The notes under the pieces were generated by a model, which saw only the letters and a program-made list of their open reading frames with translations, made no database searches and was not told the DNA's origin. 45,939 bases of DNA from Octopus bimaculoides (lineage: Eukaryota): NCBI RefSeq assembly GCF_001194135.2, contig NC_068983.1, positions 88,927,020 through 88,972,958 on the forward strand. Direction: 5' to 3'. Below are positions 34,501 to 45,939 of the stretch, one piece after another. A program made the translations under genes and the position numbers. Numbering within the stretch: position 1 is the stretch's first letter; every line of letters starts with the position of its first letter.

Positions 34501-37500
34501 AACTTGTCCAATCCATTACTGGATTGAACAAATATGATGATGATCCACAACTACCTTAGCTTAGTTTGTTTTGTTTTGTTTTGAGATAGTAATGTCTGAA
34601 ATAACTGCTTTTTGTAGCAGGATGAATGACTACTTGAGAGGCCTGCTATGTTTCTTGGTGTAACATAAAGTGTTAGAAATGGAGTGTTTTACACAGTTGC
34701 TGATCGAAAGTGGATAGAACTAAGACTTGTTGAAGGACACAACACAGCACTTTGATTGATGTCCAATATTTTAAATACAGATTTGTCCCCATTAATGGGG
34801 GTGGCCGGATCTACCTCGCTCTTACAGCAACTGCTTTCACACCATCTCACCCAGTTTTGGGCATCCTCCCTCCTCAAGCCAACCCTCCCAGTCTCCTCAC
34901 TTTCACCTTAAACTCAAGCACTCTCATCAGAATATGATCCTCATCCCTCCTCAACACATGTCCATACCACCACACTCCATTCGCCCTTGTCAGCTGTTCC
35001 ACTGATTCCTCCAACCCCAGCATCTCCATCAAGCTCTCGGCCCTCCTTTTATCAAATAGTTTCACACCACACATTGCTCTCTCGATCCTTCTCAAAATTG
35101 CTATTTCGCTTTCCCTCAGGCACCATGTCTCACTCCCATACAGCATTGCAGATTCCTTTCATCTTCAAGAACCTTTTCCCATCTAATAACGCTCCACATT
35201 CCCTGAACTTCACCCAGCCAAGTCTTGCTCTTGCTGTCACAGCTGCTTCACATCCACCCTATATCCCAAATAACAAAACCCTCTCACCAATTCCACCTCG
35301 TCACTTGTTGCTTGTAAATATTTTGAGTTGAACTTCAAACTCAACTTTTGAATTTTAAAATCAGATTTATGTTTGGGTGTAAAACAGTTTCTCTTTTCTA
35401 CTTCTGAAGTACTTTAGTACACCTACAATAAGTAATATATATGAAATATTTTTTGCAGTGCAACAATTCAAGCTGTATAATCGTGCCATGCATGTCTTCA
35501 GTGAAGCCAACCGTGTCCATCAGTTCAAAGCCTTCTGTGACAACCCTGATGCTGATGCAATTCAGAAGCTTGCCAAACTAATGAATGACAGTCATAGCAG
35601 TTGTCGAGACCTGTATGAGTGTAGCTGTCCAGAGCTGGACTCATTAGTGAACATTTGTCTGTGAGTAGAATTAGTGTCTCATATTCTTTTATTTTTTGAC
35701 TAGTTTCAGTGAGACTACACTCATGCTGGGGCATAGTATTCAAGGGTTTTAGTTAAATATATTAACCTCTAGTTTTATTACTTCTGTTGTGTGTTTGTTT
35801 TATCACAGTTTAACAAATTACGATGTTTTCATATAAAAGGACACAACTCCCACTCTATAATGTGTAAGTGTGTTTATACATTCTTTTGTTATTTTGCTTG
35901 TTTCAAAAATTAGATTGCAGCCATGCTGATGGGGTGGGGACTACCTTCAATAGTTGTTAGTCAGCCATATCAGCCCTAGTATTTATTTTCAAGTCTGGCA
36001 CTTATCAACCCTATTTGTCAAACGCCTACTTTAATGGGACAGACATAAAGACTCATATACACAAATATGGATTTCTGTACAGTTACTGTCCAAGTTTAGA
36101 ATAGAAGACACTTGTCCAAGGTGCCACACAGTGAAACTGAACCCAAAATCATGTGTATAAAAAGTAGACGTCTAAACCACACATCCATAGCAGTGGATGA
36201 ATAGTATTCTCAACCCTTTAGCATTCAGATTATTCTGTCAACTGTAATGCTTCTTTATACACATTCATCATCATTATCATTTAACATCCATTTCCTATGC
36301 TGGCATGGGTTGGATGGTTTGACTGAAAAACTAGTTAGCTGGGGAGCTGCTTCAGGTTTCTGTCTGATTTGGCATGGCTTCTACAGCTGGATGCCCTTCC
36401 TAATGCCAACCACTTCAAGAGTGTAGTAGATGCTCTTTACATGCCAGTTACAAAATACTGGCATCATCCATGACTATGATCTCACTTGGCTTGACAGGTC
36501 TTCTCAGGTACGGTGTATTACCAAAGGTCTTGGTCACTTGCCACTGCCTCCAAGTGGCCCAAAGTTCAAAGGGTGCTTTTTACATGCATCAGCCATGACT
36601 ACGATTTCACTTGGCTTGACAGATCTTCTCCAGCACAGCATATTGCCCAATATTCGAAGGGTGCTTTTTACGTGTCACAGCCCATGTTTCACTGCTGTGT
36701 AGCATGGGTGTTCATACACAGGCATCGTACAGTCTGCCTTTCATTCTGAGAGGGAGGCCCTTTGTTACCAACAAATGTGGGGGCTCTCTGAACTTTGCCC
36801 AGTCTATTCCTATTCCAGTAGCTATGCTCTCAGAACATTCACCTCCTCTACTGACTTGGTCACTTAGGCAACAGAAGCTGTCAACTGCTTCTAGTTTTCC
36901 CCACTGGCATTTGATGGAGTCTATTTTCTGTAAATTTTTAGTGTTAATTACCTCCGCCAAGGAAGGAGGTTATGTTTTCATCAGTGTTGGTTTGTCCGTC
37001 TGTGTGCAAAATAACTCAAAAAGTTGTGAATGGTATTTGATGAAACTTGCAGGAAAAGTTGGTAATGACACAAGGAACAGATGATGAAATTTTGGTAGTG
37101 ATATGTGAATTTTTGTGGATTCTTGAAGGATTTTTCCTTTGTTATATTTACTTTACATGAAGTATTGTTACGTTCTTTGATTATCTCCCTTGAAAACACG
37201 TTCATCGTTTCCACTTAACCTATGGTGGCTTTGCTGTTTCCAAAGTTTATTTTCGTTTCTCTATTAGTAAATTTACTCGCATATCTATCATAAAATGAGC
37301 TGCTTGGTGGAGGTTTGTGGAGGATGATATGACAAGCCTTGACTATTGGGATCAACGCAAAAATCTCAGGCTTTGCTCCCTCCACTGCCACTGTGAAACT
37401 AGCTTACTGTTGTCATTAATATATTATAACTGTTTCAGATGTTTCCTGTTTTTAAAGGGTTTTTTTCTCTTAAAATCATTTGGCTGTGTTATTTTTTTTT

Positions 37501-40500
37501 TTTAACCCTGCCAAGGAGGTTATGTTTTTGCCAGCGCTGGTTGGGAAATTGGGCGATTTTCAGCATTCATGTATATGGGTGGAAATGAGCTGTTTGGCGG
37601 AGGTCTGCGCTCTCCGATTGCTTTTCTAGTTGTACCTATGCACCTTCCACACACAAAAACTATTTTACTTGTTAACCTTCCTCTGATATTGCTGCACCTC
37701 TTACATATCCATAGCTTACACCAGGTACATCTTATGGAGTTACTACCTACACCCTACCTACAGATTGAGCAGAGTCATCTACCTGAAGGGATTTGTGATT
37801 TGTCTGCTCTCCTACTTAGACTTTGGTTTTTGCTAGGTTAACTCTAAGGCCCTTTGATTGTAGACCTTGCTTCCACACCTGAAATTTCCTCTCTAGTTTT
37901 GGTAGTGATTCAGCTATAAGAACAAGGTCATCAGCACAGAGGAGCTCCCAGGGGCAGCTTGTCTTGAATTCCCCTGTTATTGCCTAGAGGGAGAATGAGG
38001 ACTGATCCTTGGTGAACCCCTACTTGTACCCTGAATTGTTCGCTATACTCGTTGTTAACCTTCACCTTACTGACGGCATCCTTGTACAACTCTCCCCAAC
38101 CACTCATCTATCCCTAGCTTCCAAATTGATCACCAGATAAGGGAGCAGGGGACTCTGTCAAAGGCTTTTTCCAAGTCAACAAAAGCCAGGTACAGGGGTT
38201 TATTTTTGGTTATATATTTCTCCTGAAGTTTCCTAACCAGGAATATAGCATCAGTCACGCTCCTGCCTGGCACAAATCTGAACCTCATCTCATCTACACT
38301 AACTCTCTCCCTAATTAATTGAGCTATGACCCTTTCTGTGACTTTCATCACCTGGTCCAGCAGTTTGATGCCTCTGTAATTATTCCTTTTTAAGGCATCA
38401 CCTTTGCCTTTGTAGCAGTTGACTATGATGCTGCTACACCAATTGTTGGGTATGACTCCCTCATGGACAGCCTGATTAACTATACGGGTGACTACACTAT
38501 ATCCTACTCCACCAGATATTTTAAGCACTAGGCTATATCACCTTCCATCATCTCGTAATTTCAAAGTTTCAATGATGTGATTGTACATTTTTTTGAATGA
38601 CATTGAAGGGGAGGTGTCAAAACTAGCCTGTTTGGACATAAAGCAGGTAGAATATTTGGGCTGGCTTAAATACTATGGGGTTAAGGACCTCTTCTATCTC
38701 CTTCAGCTAATTCAATCTTGACTGAATTATGAGGAAAAGGACCAGTGCTCCACTATATTTTGAGATATTGTAATAGGAAATTGGTTGAGTTAAAAAAGTT
38801 AAAATAGTTTCCTTTTTATTTTTTTAATATTTCATTTATGTAAAAGATCTCAATAAGAAAAAATCTATTTCTGTAAACCTTGTCAAAATTGAAGCTGAAG
38901 AAGAAAACATAGAGTGCACAAAATGATGACATTAGAGTTAAGAGGCCATAATTTGCCTTTAAGCTGTCATATCTCTGTTATGAAATTAGTATCTCTGAAA
39001 CGAAATTAGTATAATTAAACTTTCTTAAAAGATCTCAATGAAAGGAATCTAATAGTGAAAATCTCGTCAAAGAAAACAGGAGAAAAAACTTTGTACATTT
39101 TAGAGTAGGGAAGTTTGTTTACCAAACTTTATGGAAGTAGTGTGTTGCATGGGGTAAATTTCTGAGCCCAAGAGTGTTGAATTTTCAGAGCTTCATGGGC
39201 ATTGATTGCAGACCCTTTAGTGGAAGTATTCACCTTTTAGTAGGGGAAGGTAGACCTCACCAAATAACAATATCATTTGTCTCTCATTATTTCTGAGCTG
39301 ACAGGATACTCCTGCCTATTTGACTTTTACTAGACAAGAAAAAGTATAAGTTGTCACTTTTCTTCACCAGGTGAGCAGATATTTCAGCATGCCTAAAAGT
39401 CAGCTCAGCTATGATAGAAAAAAACACGAGAGGAAGGTAGCTGAAAATTTTTCAGTTTCAAAAAAATAGGCTATATTTTTATCATACATGAGTGTTTCAC
39501 CCCTCCCATCACCCACCATATTTCATTTTATAGGGAGTGAATATGGGAGATTCTCTATAGAATTTTCTTCTTGGGAAAAACTAAAATCTAAAGAGGATGA
39601 AATGATTTTACATTTGAGTGAATCTAAAAACATTTTATTGTAAATTCCCAACATAAGTTGTAATATTTTTAAGAGTCTACTTTTTCTTGTTCAGTACTTT
39701 TCCAAGTGCAGTTAAGAACATTATCATTGCACCCTCATTGTTCTTTCTTGTGCGTGTGGGTGGGGTGGGGGGATTATAAGCCAAGTACTTCTGCTTATTC
39801 CAGTCTTCCAAAGTTGTATGTAGATGTTATATTTGTGTGGTATGCATAAGAGTTGAAAAACACTGAAAAATATTTTTTGAAGAGAAATTGCATATCGAAA
39901 CAGGACATTGGAAAACATTTTTGCTATTATTTATTCACCATTACACATGTTTCATTTGCTAAAATAGAAGTTGCAAAATTGTACATATAGGAGAAGCATG
40001 TAAGACATCTCCTATTAGAAATTTTACTCACTGTCTAAAGAATTTTGTGCCACCAGTACTAGTGAGGTCACCATTCAGCTTTCAAGAATATAAACCCAAA
40101 TAGATGCAGATTTGATACTAGGAGATGAGGGGTCAAGATATGAAAGAAGGAACCAGAGCAGAACAGGTTTCTTGCTGTAGATGGAACACATGGTTACTTA
40201 AATTTTAGAAGAAGAAGTTGGGTGATCAGAGTGGATGACTTGTGCAGAAATTGGATAAGGTGAGAGGTGTATAAGGGGTGAGGATGACCAACAATGCAGG
40301 GGGATGAAGAGTAGCAGAACAGTAAGGATGATACAATCTATAGGGGAAGGATGGGAGAGAGATGACAGATGGTTGAGTAGGTTGCAAGAGCATGGGGGTA
40401 GAGAGGCAGGTGCTGTGCATGTGGAAAGTAAGAAACATATGGTAGAAAAGGTGAGATAATTTGGTGATTCAGTGGGTGGAGATCAATATTAAGGATGAGG

Positions 40501-42999
40501 GAATATGTGAAGTGAAATATTTTCAAGTAGAAAGAAAGATTAGTGGTATTAAGGAAAAACTGCAGTTAGAGAGATGAATGGTGATGAGGCTGTCTTGGGG
40601 GAAGAAATTGAGACAAGAGCCCAGTTGTACACATGCGGCACTTCCAGAACTTAGCTTCACTGAGTTGGCCATGTCTTCTTGAGAACTGCACATTATCAGT
40701 CATTCTGGTCTTTTGATCAGCCTTCACCATTTCGTTCCATGTCTTCCTAGGCCTCTCTCTTCCATAAGCTCCATATACATCACATGTCCATACTAGTGCA
40801 GTCTTCTTTCTTGCACATTACAGTTGATTCTTCTTATACCCAGTTTTTCTCTCAGCACATTTGTACTGTCATTCATGAACACTTACAGTGCACATCCAAC
40901 AGAACATGCTTACTTCATTTCTTTCTAGTCCTCTCAAATCCTCTACAATCGTGGCCTGTGCCTCACTACCATGCAACATGACAGTTTCAATGCAAGCATC
41001 ATGCAGAAATCTTCTAAAATGCAAACATGGCCTGAAAATCTCCATTCTGGAGTTAAGTATAGCCTCTGGCTCGAGTGAGTCCCTTAAGATTTTTGTGTGT
41101 TCAGCTATACATAGCTTTCAGTGTTTTGTCCCATTGATGTAGGGGCTTGGATTTTTCAAGCAAGAGGATTTCAATCCTTTCTTCTAACCAACAGGTCTTC
41201 AACACAGCAGCCCCGCACTATAATGAGGCCCTAGCTGCCAGCGGTTTAGAGACAGCATCTCCTATATGCCAGAACCCAACAACCGCAAAGAGAAAAGCAA
41301 CAGAAGTACAATTTAGTTTCCTCCTCCCCCACTTCTCCCTTTACATTATAATACCCATAGGTAAACTTTTCCTTATATAAATAGACAAGCACTTCACCAA
41401 CACCCATAAATAAGTATGGACCTATTTTCAACAGGCACAATGTTAGGGTCTCATTTAGTTGTGTCCCTAATATTATATTAAGAGTATCCTAGTTAGCACC
41501 TCTAGGTCACAGGAAGGGGTAGGTTGTTTATGCAGGATCCGCAACAGTTGCCTGGTAGTAGACCACTGTGAAACTAAAGGAGTCGTCTATCAAGCCGAAG
41601 TATGAGTGAACCCTACCAATTCTACTAGCAGAAACAATAGCGACTGTAGATATGATGACAGAACCAACACCACCACCACCACCACAGTGGACAACTTTAG
41701 CGACGTCAACAACAGCAGCACCAATGACACCCCCGATGGCACCATCACTAACATCGGCGACAGGAATGTCGCCTTCAACACCAGCCTTACCAACAGCTTC
41801 CCTGATGTCCACAGTAGCAGACCTGCCAATGCACACGCTGGCAGGACTGATTGTAGCAGCAGTAACAGACCCAGTGCCAACACAGTGGCAACAACACCAA
41901 CATCTGCAGCCCTAGCAGAAGCACTAGTATAAGCTCGATTAATGACACTTCTGGCAGCAGTAGCAGCATCTCCATAACCAACAATGGCGATCGTATTACC
42001 AATGCCACCACGACCCTCACCTTCACCAACACCACCAGCCCCAGCTCCAGCAACAGCACTGTTGACAACAACAACAGCAGCAGCAACATCATCAGCAGCA
42101 GCAACATCATCAGCGGCAACAACAACATCGATGACATCAACATCAACAGCAGCAGCAGTGGCGAAAACAACAATAATAGGTACAACACAGACATTGCACG
42201 TCCAAGGAAATACACTGGTTGTTGTACTGGAAATTCATTCAAGGAACATTTTTCCAACCATCGATCCTCCTTCAGAGTCCCAGAAAGGAGATACATCATT
42301 GGCCAGCCACATTTGGCAACTAAAAGATGACAGAGTTCCACACTCGATCTCATGGAAAATCTTCCAAAACCCAGGCCTTTACATCAGTGGGACGAAACAC
42401 TGCAAGCTATGCATAGCCGAATACACAAGGGGCTATACGTAACTTCAGAATGGAGATTTTTGGGTCATGTTTGCATTTTAGATTTCTGCTGGCCTTTTGG
42501 AAACTGCTGGAAGTTGATAGCTAATGGGAGAGGGAGATAATCTATACTTTCCCCACCATATTTTAAAAAGGTCATAGGCCAACAGGTCTTGGGGCCTGAC
42601 GATACGCCATAAAGTTAAACCCTTTATGGACAGGAAACCCAGGGTCACCCTATAAACCGGCCTGCATGGCACCTTGGGCAAGTGTCTTCTACTATAGCCT
42701 CAGGCTGACCAAAGCCTTGTGTGAGTGGCTATTGTAGACGGAAACTGAAAGAAGCCCGTTGTATATATGTATATATATATATGTATGTTTGTGTCTCTGT
42801 GTTTGTCCCCCTCAACATCGCTTGACAACCGATGCTGGTGTGCTTACGTCCCCGTAACCTAGCGGTTCAGCAAAAGAGACTGAAAGAATAAGTCCTGAGT
42901 CGATTTGTTCGATTAAAGGCGGTGCTCAAGCATGGCCACAGTCAAATGACTGAAACAAGTAAAGAGTATATATATATATATATATATACATAGATACGC

Positions 43000-43039
<40 letters not shown>

Positions 43040-43527
43040 GCTTTATTCTTTTACTTGTCTCACTCATTGAACAGCAGCTGTGCTGGGGCACCACCTTCAA
43101 TGGTTTTATCTGAGCATATAACTCGTAAGTTACAGAATATAAAGACACACATTAGCATTTAAATTAAAACTCATCTCTTAATTAAAAATTTCATCAAGTA
43201 TTTTTTTCTTGTAATTTGTGTACTAAAATGTCAAAATATTTGTGGAATAATGTTATAATAGATTTTTTTTTCATTCCAGCTAAGTTTTTTTAACTTTTTG
43301 TTTTTTTTCTCAGGCAATCTGGTGCTCTGGGAAGTCGTTTAACTGGTGCTGGATGGGGTGGTTGTGCTGTGTCTATGGTACCTACTGAACAACTCAAAAG
43401 TTTTATGGATGATGTAAAGACCAAGTATTATCAATCAGACTCAAAGCGGGCTGGCAAAGTGACTGAATCACTTTTTGCCTCAAAGCCAGGAAATGGTGCT
43501 GCAGTGTATGAACTGACACAGAATTAA
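21523..43527 (+). CDS. GALK2: N-acetylgalactosamine kinase / galactokinase 2, spliced CDS join(21523..21596,26450..26538,27069..27192,27722..27962,28876..28974,29632..29784,33587..33797,35459..35660,43314..43527), 468 aa
   Basis: Manual splicing gives an open 1407-nt frame with matching phases and GT-AG ends. It contains the GHMP/GalK motifs [60 protein letters not shown] and [12 protein letters not shown]. The GGGMDQ motif and long helical insert fit GALK2 rather than GALK1. Confidence 0.96.
22295..22372. promoter_or_regulatory. Housekeeping-type motif cluster in GALK2 intron 1
   Basis: CCGGAAGT (ETS) 22301, TACGTCA (CRE-like) 22319, TCATGTGA (M-box/E-box) 22323, CGGGAAGT 22353. Confidence 0.35.
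22511..22878. mobile_element. MITE with perfect 28-bp TIRs and 8-bp TSD (Merlin- or hAT-like)
   Basis: TIR GGCACTGTCATGGTATTAGCTGTCAGAA at 22511-22538, inverse at 22851-22878; TSD TAGTTTTC at 22503-22510 and 22879-22886. Confidence 0.92.
23600..24290 (+). mobile_element. Gypsy-like integrase C-terminus plus 3' LTR remnant, same family as 18042-20430
   Basis: gagagacaccatcacacaatcaaggccatgg and gatatgaatggcaac parallel 20195-20340; agctggaca..gacaac..aaagtaggtg parallels 18255-18290. Confidence 0.65.
26450..26538 (+). CDS. GALK2: GALK2 exon 2 ([29 protein letters not shown])
   Basis: tttcag| acceptor, |gttagt donor, APGRVNLIG motif. Confidence 0.95.
27069..27192 (+). CDS. GALK2: GALK2 exon 3 ([41 protein letters not shown])
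   Basis: ctgtag| acceptor, |gtatgt donor, GEHIDY sugar-binding motif. Confidence 0.96.
27722..27962 (+). CDS. GALK2: GALK2 exon 4 (DFECSTNN...[10 protein letters not shown]...[15 protein letters not shown]...KFTK)
   Basis: ctccag| acceptor, |gtagag donor, GHMP ATP-binding loop PxxxGLSSSSA. Confidence 0.95.
28600..28790 (+). mobile_element. Degenerate tRNA-derived SINE
   Basis: B-box gagttcaaatcc then gactttg..catcctt..aagtaccagtcaa; a reverse-oriented relative lies at ~29090-29190. Confidence 0.55.
28876..28974 (+). CDS. GALK2: GALK2 exon 5 ([33 protein letters not shown])
   Basis: cttcag| acceptor, |gtaaga donor, GGGMDQ motif. Confidence 0.95.
29632..29784 (+). CDS. GALK2: GALK2 exon 6 (AKLITFNPL...[27 protein letters not shown])
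   Basis: atttag| acceptor, |gtaggt donor, [13 protein letters not shown] motif; missed by the ORF track. Confidence 0.95.
31572..32429. mobile_element. Mariner derivative made of two inverted left ends
   Basis: ggtctgatcaataaa..catagtaacgaagctaaagcac at 31576 is mirrored and ends at 32425. A transposase N-terminus is present on both strands: plus 31760-32180 and minus [27 protein letters not shown]. Confidence 0.85.
33587..33797 (+). CDS. GALK2: GALK2 exon 7 ([21 protein letters not shown]...SLCGNTLH)
   Basis: acgcag| acceptor, |gtaagt donor, open 211 nt, phases fit both neighbours. Confidence 0.92.
33825..34130 (+). mobile_element. tRNA-derived SINE, near full length
   Basis: A-box tggctcagtggtta, B-box gagttcgaatcc; body matches the reverse copy at 305-490. 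Confidence 0.85.
34625..35335 (-). mobile_element. RTE LINE 3' fragment (second subfamily)
   Basis: [34 protein letters not shown]. Confidence 0.85.
35459..35660 (+). CDS. GALK2: GALK2 exon 8 ([19 protein letters not shown]...[23 protein letters not shown])
   Basis: ttgcag| acceptor, |gtgagt donor, FKLYxRAxHVxSEA and YECSCPELD motifs. Confidence 0.96.
35885..36185 (-). mobile_element. Degenerate composite SINE
   Basis: gcagccatgctg..tagaagacacttgtccaaggtgccacacagtgaaactgaaccc. Confidence 0.7.
36268..38545 (-). mobile_element. RTE LINE fragment interrupted by the 36946-37631 insertion
   Basis: RT motifs [53 protein letters not shown] and VLCADDL; PHD-like finger; [10 protein letters not shown]; (GAT)n tail at ~36268. 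Confidence 0.9.
36946..37631 (+). mobile_element. Helentron/DINE-like non-autonomous element (two partial tandem units)
   Basis: Sub-terminal inverted repeats ctccgcca (36952) / tggcggag (37595); 3' end cttttctagtt; inserted at a TT site; second start ccctgccaaggaggttatg at ~37506. Confidence 0.65.
40620..41140 (-). mobile_element. RTE LINE 3' fragment
   Basis: Homologous to 6100-6600 in reverse orientation. Confidence 0.75.
41141..42440 (+). mobile_element. Penelope-like element fragment (RT C-terminus plus GIY-YIG endonuclease region) with internal CAN-repeat expansion
   Basis: [64 protein letters not shown] are typical of PLE ORFs; frameshifted. Confidence 0.75.
42640..42965 (+). mobile_element. 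Composite SINE, plus strand
   Basis: ggcaccttgggcaagtgtcttctactatagcc..aacatcgcttgacaaccgatgctgg..agcatggccacagtcaaatgactgaaacaagtaaaag. Confidence 0.88.
43314..43527 (+). CDS. GALK2: GALK2 exon 9, terminal ([23 protein letters not shown]...[14 protein letters not shown])
   Basis: Long pyrimidine tract with tctcag| acceptor, [12 protein letters not shown] motif, TAA at 43525-43527, AATAAA at 43572. Confidence 0.96.
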
Positions 43528-43571
43528 TACTATCCCATTTAAATGATAATGTGGTTCTCTTTATATTTTTT

Positions 43572-43577
43572 AATAAA
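43572..43577 (+). terminator. Candidate proximal GALK2 polyadenylation signal AATAAA
   Basis: 45 nt after the stop; other AATAAA at 43589 and 44628. AT-rich background makes chance hits likely. Confidence 0.4.
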
Positions 43578-44769
43578 AGTAAAAATTAAATAAATATATA
43601 TATATATATATATTTGAAAATTTGGGGACTAAAAAGTAAAATGTGATATACACATCAAATAGAAAAATATTTTTCTATAGGAATTTATATTACATTGTCA
43701 TGTTACAATAAGTTTACAAAGTTTTCTTAAAATTATAAAAGGGTAAATATTCCACATGAACATCTGTACATACAGAAATGTCTCATCAAGGAAATCCTAG
43801 TTATAATTGTGACAAGATATCTAATGAATAGAACATAATGGATTTTAATATGTTTAAACAATTGTGGATTAATCTCAAATTTGATAAATATCATGTATGT
43901 ATATTTTAAACATGTGGAAGCAGCAAGTTATAAAAAGGCAAATTTTCTCATTTAGGAGGAAGTGGTGGTTTATCTTTGTTACATTTTCTCCAATTTCTAT
44001 AATTTAAATGATACAAATGTAACATTTGGTTTATCTTCCTTTTTATATCAGTAATTCAGGAGATTCATGTAAAGTAGGTTAAGTAGCAGCAACTGTAGTG
44101 CTCTGAAATTTCAGTATTTTACTTTGTCTTCACATTCCAAATCTTGTTAAGTATGAACTTCTTTGTTTTTGATAAAATAAGTTACAATTATGCACCAATA
44201 AGAGCAAAGATTTCAATTTTCTATAGCCTTCTGCAAATATGTTGCCTTGTCCCAATGTTAGGAAAATAGTATTGCAGATGGCAAAAGATAATAAAGCAAC
44301 AGAAATGGTTGATTTCCATATTGATTACTTACAGTAATTAATTTTGTCAAATATTATTAAGCTTAACTTTGAGGTGGGGTTGATTAATTATCAGTTAAAT
44401 CCTAGAGTTGATTTAATTATATAGACATCAAGCCAATGAGGAAGCTTCCACATAGTGGCTTGATCCACTAGAAACAGTGACCATATTTTCCTTAAAAAGA
44501 AGACACATTGTTTAATTTCAATTAGTCTTATATCTGATCATCATAAGGTGTCATATTTCCAAATATCTTCATTTGTCCCAGTCTGATTTGAACAAAATTT
44601 GTGTAAATATAAATATGTATTGTAAAAATAAAGATTTTCATCTGGGATATTATCTTTACTCAATAGTCTAAAAACTTAGTTCTTTTAAACAAATGATTTT
44701 ATATGTCTCGTTTTTGTCTCTGAAGACAAAAAATAATTTAGAGAAACATTTCACATTTTTGTTTTTTTT

Positions 44770-45168
44770 TGTTTTTATAAAACAGCTGCATCAAGAGGTG
44801 CAAATCCCTAATTGTAGAAGGAACATGTGGAAGGGGTAAGACATGAGACATAGTGGTGAGAAAGGATCTACAGACATTGGGACTCAGAGGGGATGACAGG
44901 CAACCGAGACTCCTGGTGGTTTGCTGTGCTTGAAATGACACATCAAGCGTGGTTGTTCTTGCATAAAGACTTGTCCCCTGCATCCCTCTTCAGCTAAATA
45001 TTCCTAATTTTTCAGGCTTAGGTGCTGGTGTACACTCTGTAAAGTGTTTGGCATTAGGAAGGGCATCCAGCTATAGAAACCATGCCAAAATAGACATCAA
45101 GACTGGGTAGCTCCTGTCAAACTGTTCAACCCATACCAGCAAGGAAAACAGACATTAAATGATGATAT
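44770..45168. mobile_element. RTE-tail/SINE fragments (minus ~44770-45000, plus ~45020-45168)
   Basis: Matches the tail module at 1-238. Confidence 0.65.
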
Positions 45169-45177
45169 ATATATATA

Positions 45178-45300
45178 TACTAGCAGCTAGGCCCAGTTTC
45201 ACCCAATCGGTTTTGATGATGTGGTTGTAAAACCTGCTCTGTGTAAGCATTCGACCTGTTTAGGCACGCTTATGTTAAAAAGCAATTTTAAAATGACTTT
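45178..45300 (+). mobile_element. Possible Helitron-like element 5' end
   Basis: TACTAGCAG..GCCCAGTTTCACCC start after a (TA)n run; the other end was not identified. Confidence 0.3.
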
Positions 45301-45939
45301 TTTCTGTCAAAATGCTAAAAATAACTGACCAACAACAGAAAGAAAACCAAGCAAGATTCAACCAAATCAAAGAATAAACCCAAATACTAAGCGAACAAAG
45401 ATGAACCATCCCACTTCCATTGCGTGCGCACACGCACACGCACACAAATACACACACATTCACATACCCCCTCCCTTTTACATGCACACACAGAGTTGAA
45501 ACATTGTTTGATTTATTTTTTTCAGCGGACAATTTTCATCATCCCACTGCCAAGTATGACATCACCCCTTCCTTTCTCATTCATAAACACAAGAGTATTA
45601 TTATAGTAGATTATCTTGGTAACCATGGGAGCTATGAAAAAAATACAAAGCCCAACATTGCCACTGGATCATTCTACACATCTGTGTAATTTTTCACACA
45701 ATTCCACCCAGCCGTTTGACCGTGAATCCCAAGACAAGAAAGAATCGGCCATGTCAAATTTATATGACACTGAAGTGACGAAAAGAAGAGCAAAAATTTG
45801 AAGATATGCCACAAAGCATCTTGATCGGTGTGTTTCATGACTCTGTCAGTTTCAACATATGGCTCATGTGCGGGCGACACATGAAGTCTTTCGGGCGGGA
45901 TCGATGCCGGTGCCTCTGGGCTGGCTCATGTGTGGGCGA

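Noticed and set aside
41528-42442. Mucin-like or signal-peptide-like host gene
   Set aside because: The frames come from CAN repeats inside a frameshifted PLE fragment; no splice structure.
26450-43527. GALK1 assignment or U12-type introns
   Set aside because: Motifs and exon layout fit GALK2; no donor matches the U12 consensus GTATCCT/ATATCCT.

Overview
AT-rich, repeat-dense eukaryotic genomic DNA with five assembly gaps. The SINE/LINE repertoire suggests a cephalopod (Octopus-like); this is inferred, not proven. One complete gene is supported: a 9-exon plus-strand GALK2 (N-acetylgalactosamine kinase, GHMP family), CDS join 21523..43527, 1407 nt / 468 aa, all introns GT-AG with consistent phases. 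About 7.5 kb upstream on the minus strand is a 48-nt candidate first coding exon resembling the ZGPAT N-terminus; its later exons were not found in the window. The rest is mostly mobile DNA: three mariner relics, a CR1/L2-type LINE, several RTE LINE fragments, tRNA-derived SINEs, three Gypsy-like LTR pieces, a Penelope-like fragment, MITEs/foldbacks and a Helentron-like element. The most unusual item is a young, TSD-bounded, apparently non-autonomous LTR element (14881-17610, minus). It carries a tandem array of tRNA-Trp primer-binding sites, some extending into the tRNA T-arm, and its gene-proximal LTR keeps an intact E2F/NRF1/ETS/CRE motif set. No CRISPR, rRNA or true tRNA gene is supported. 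I cannot claim a new biological system from sequence alone; the findings are testable leads.
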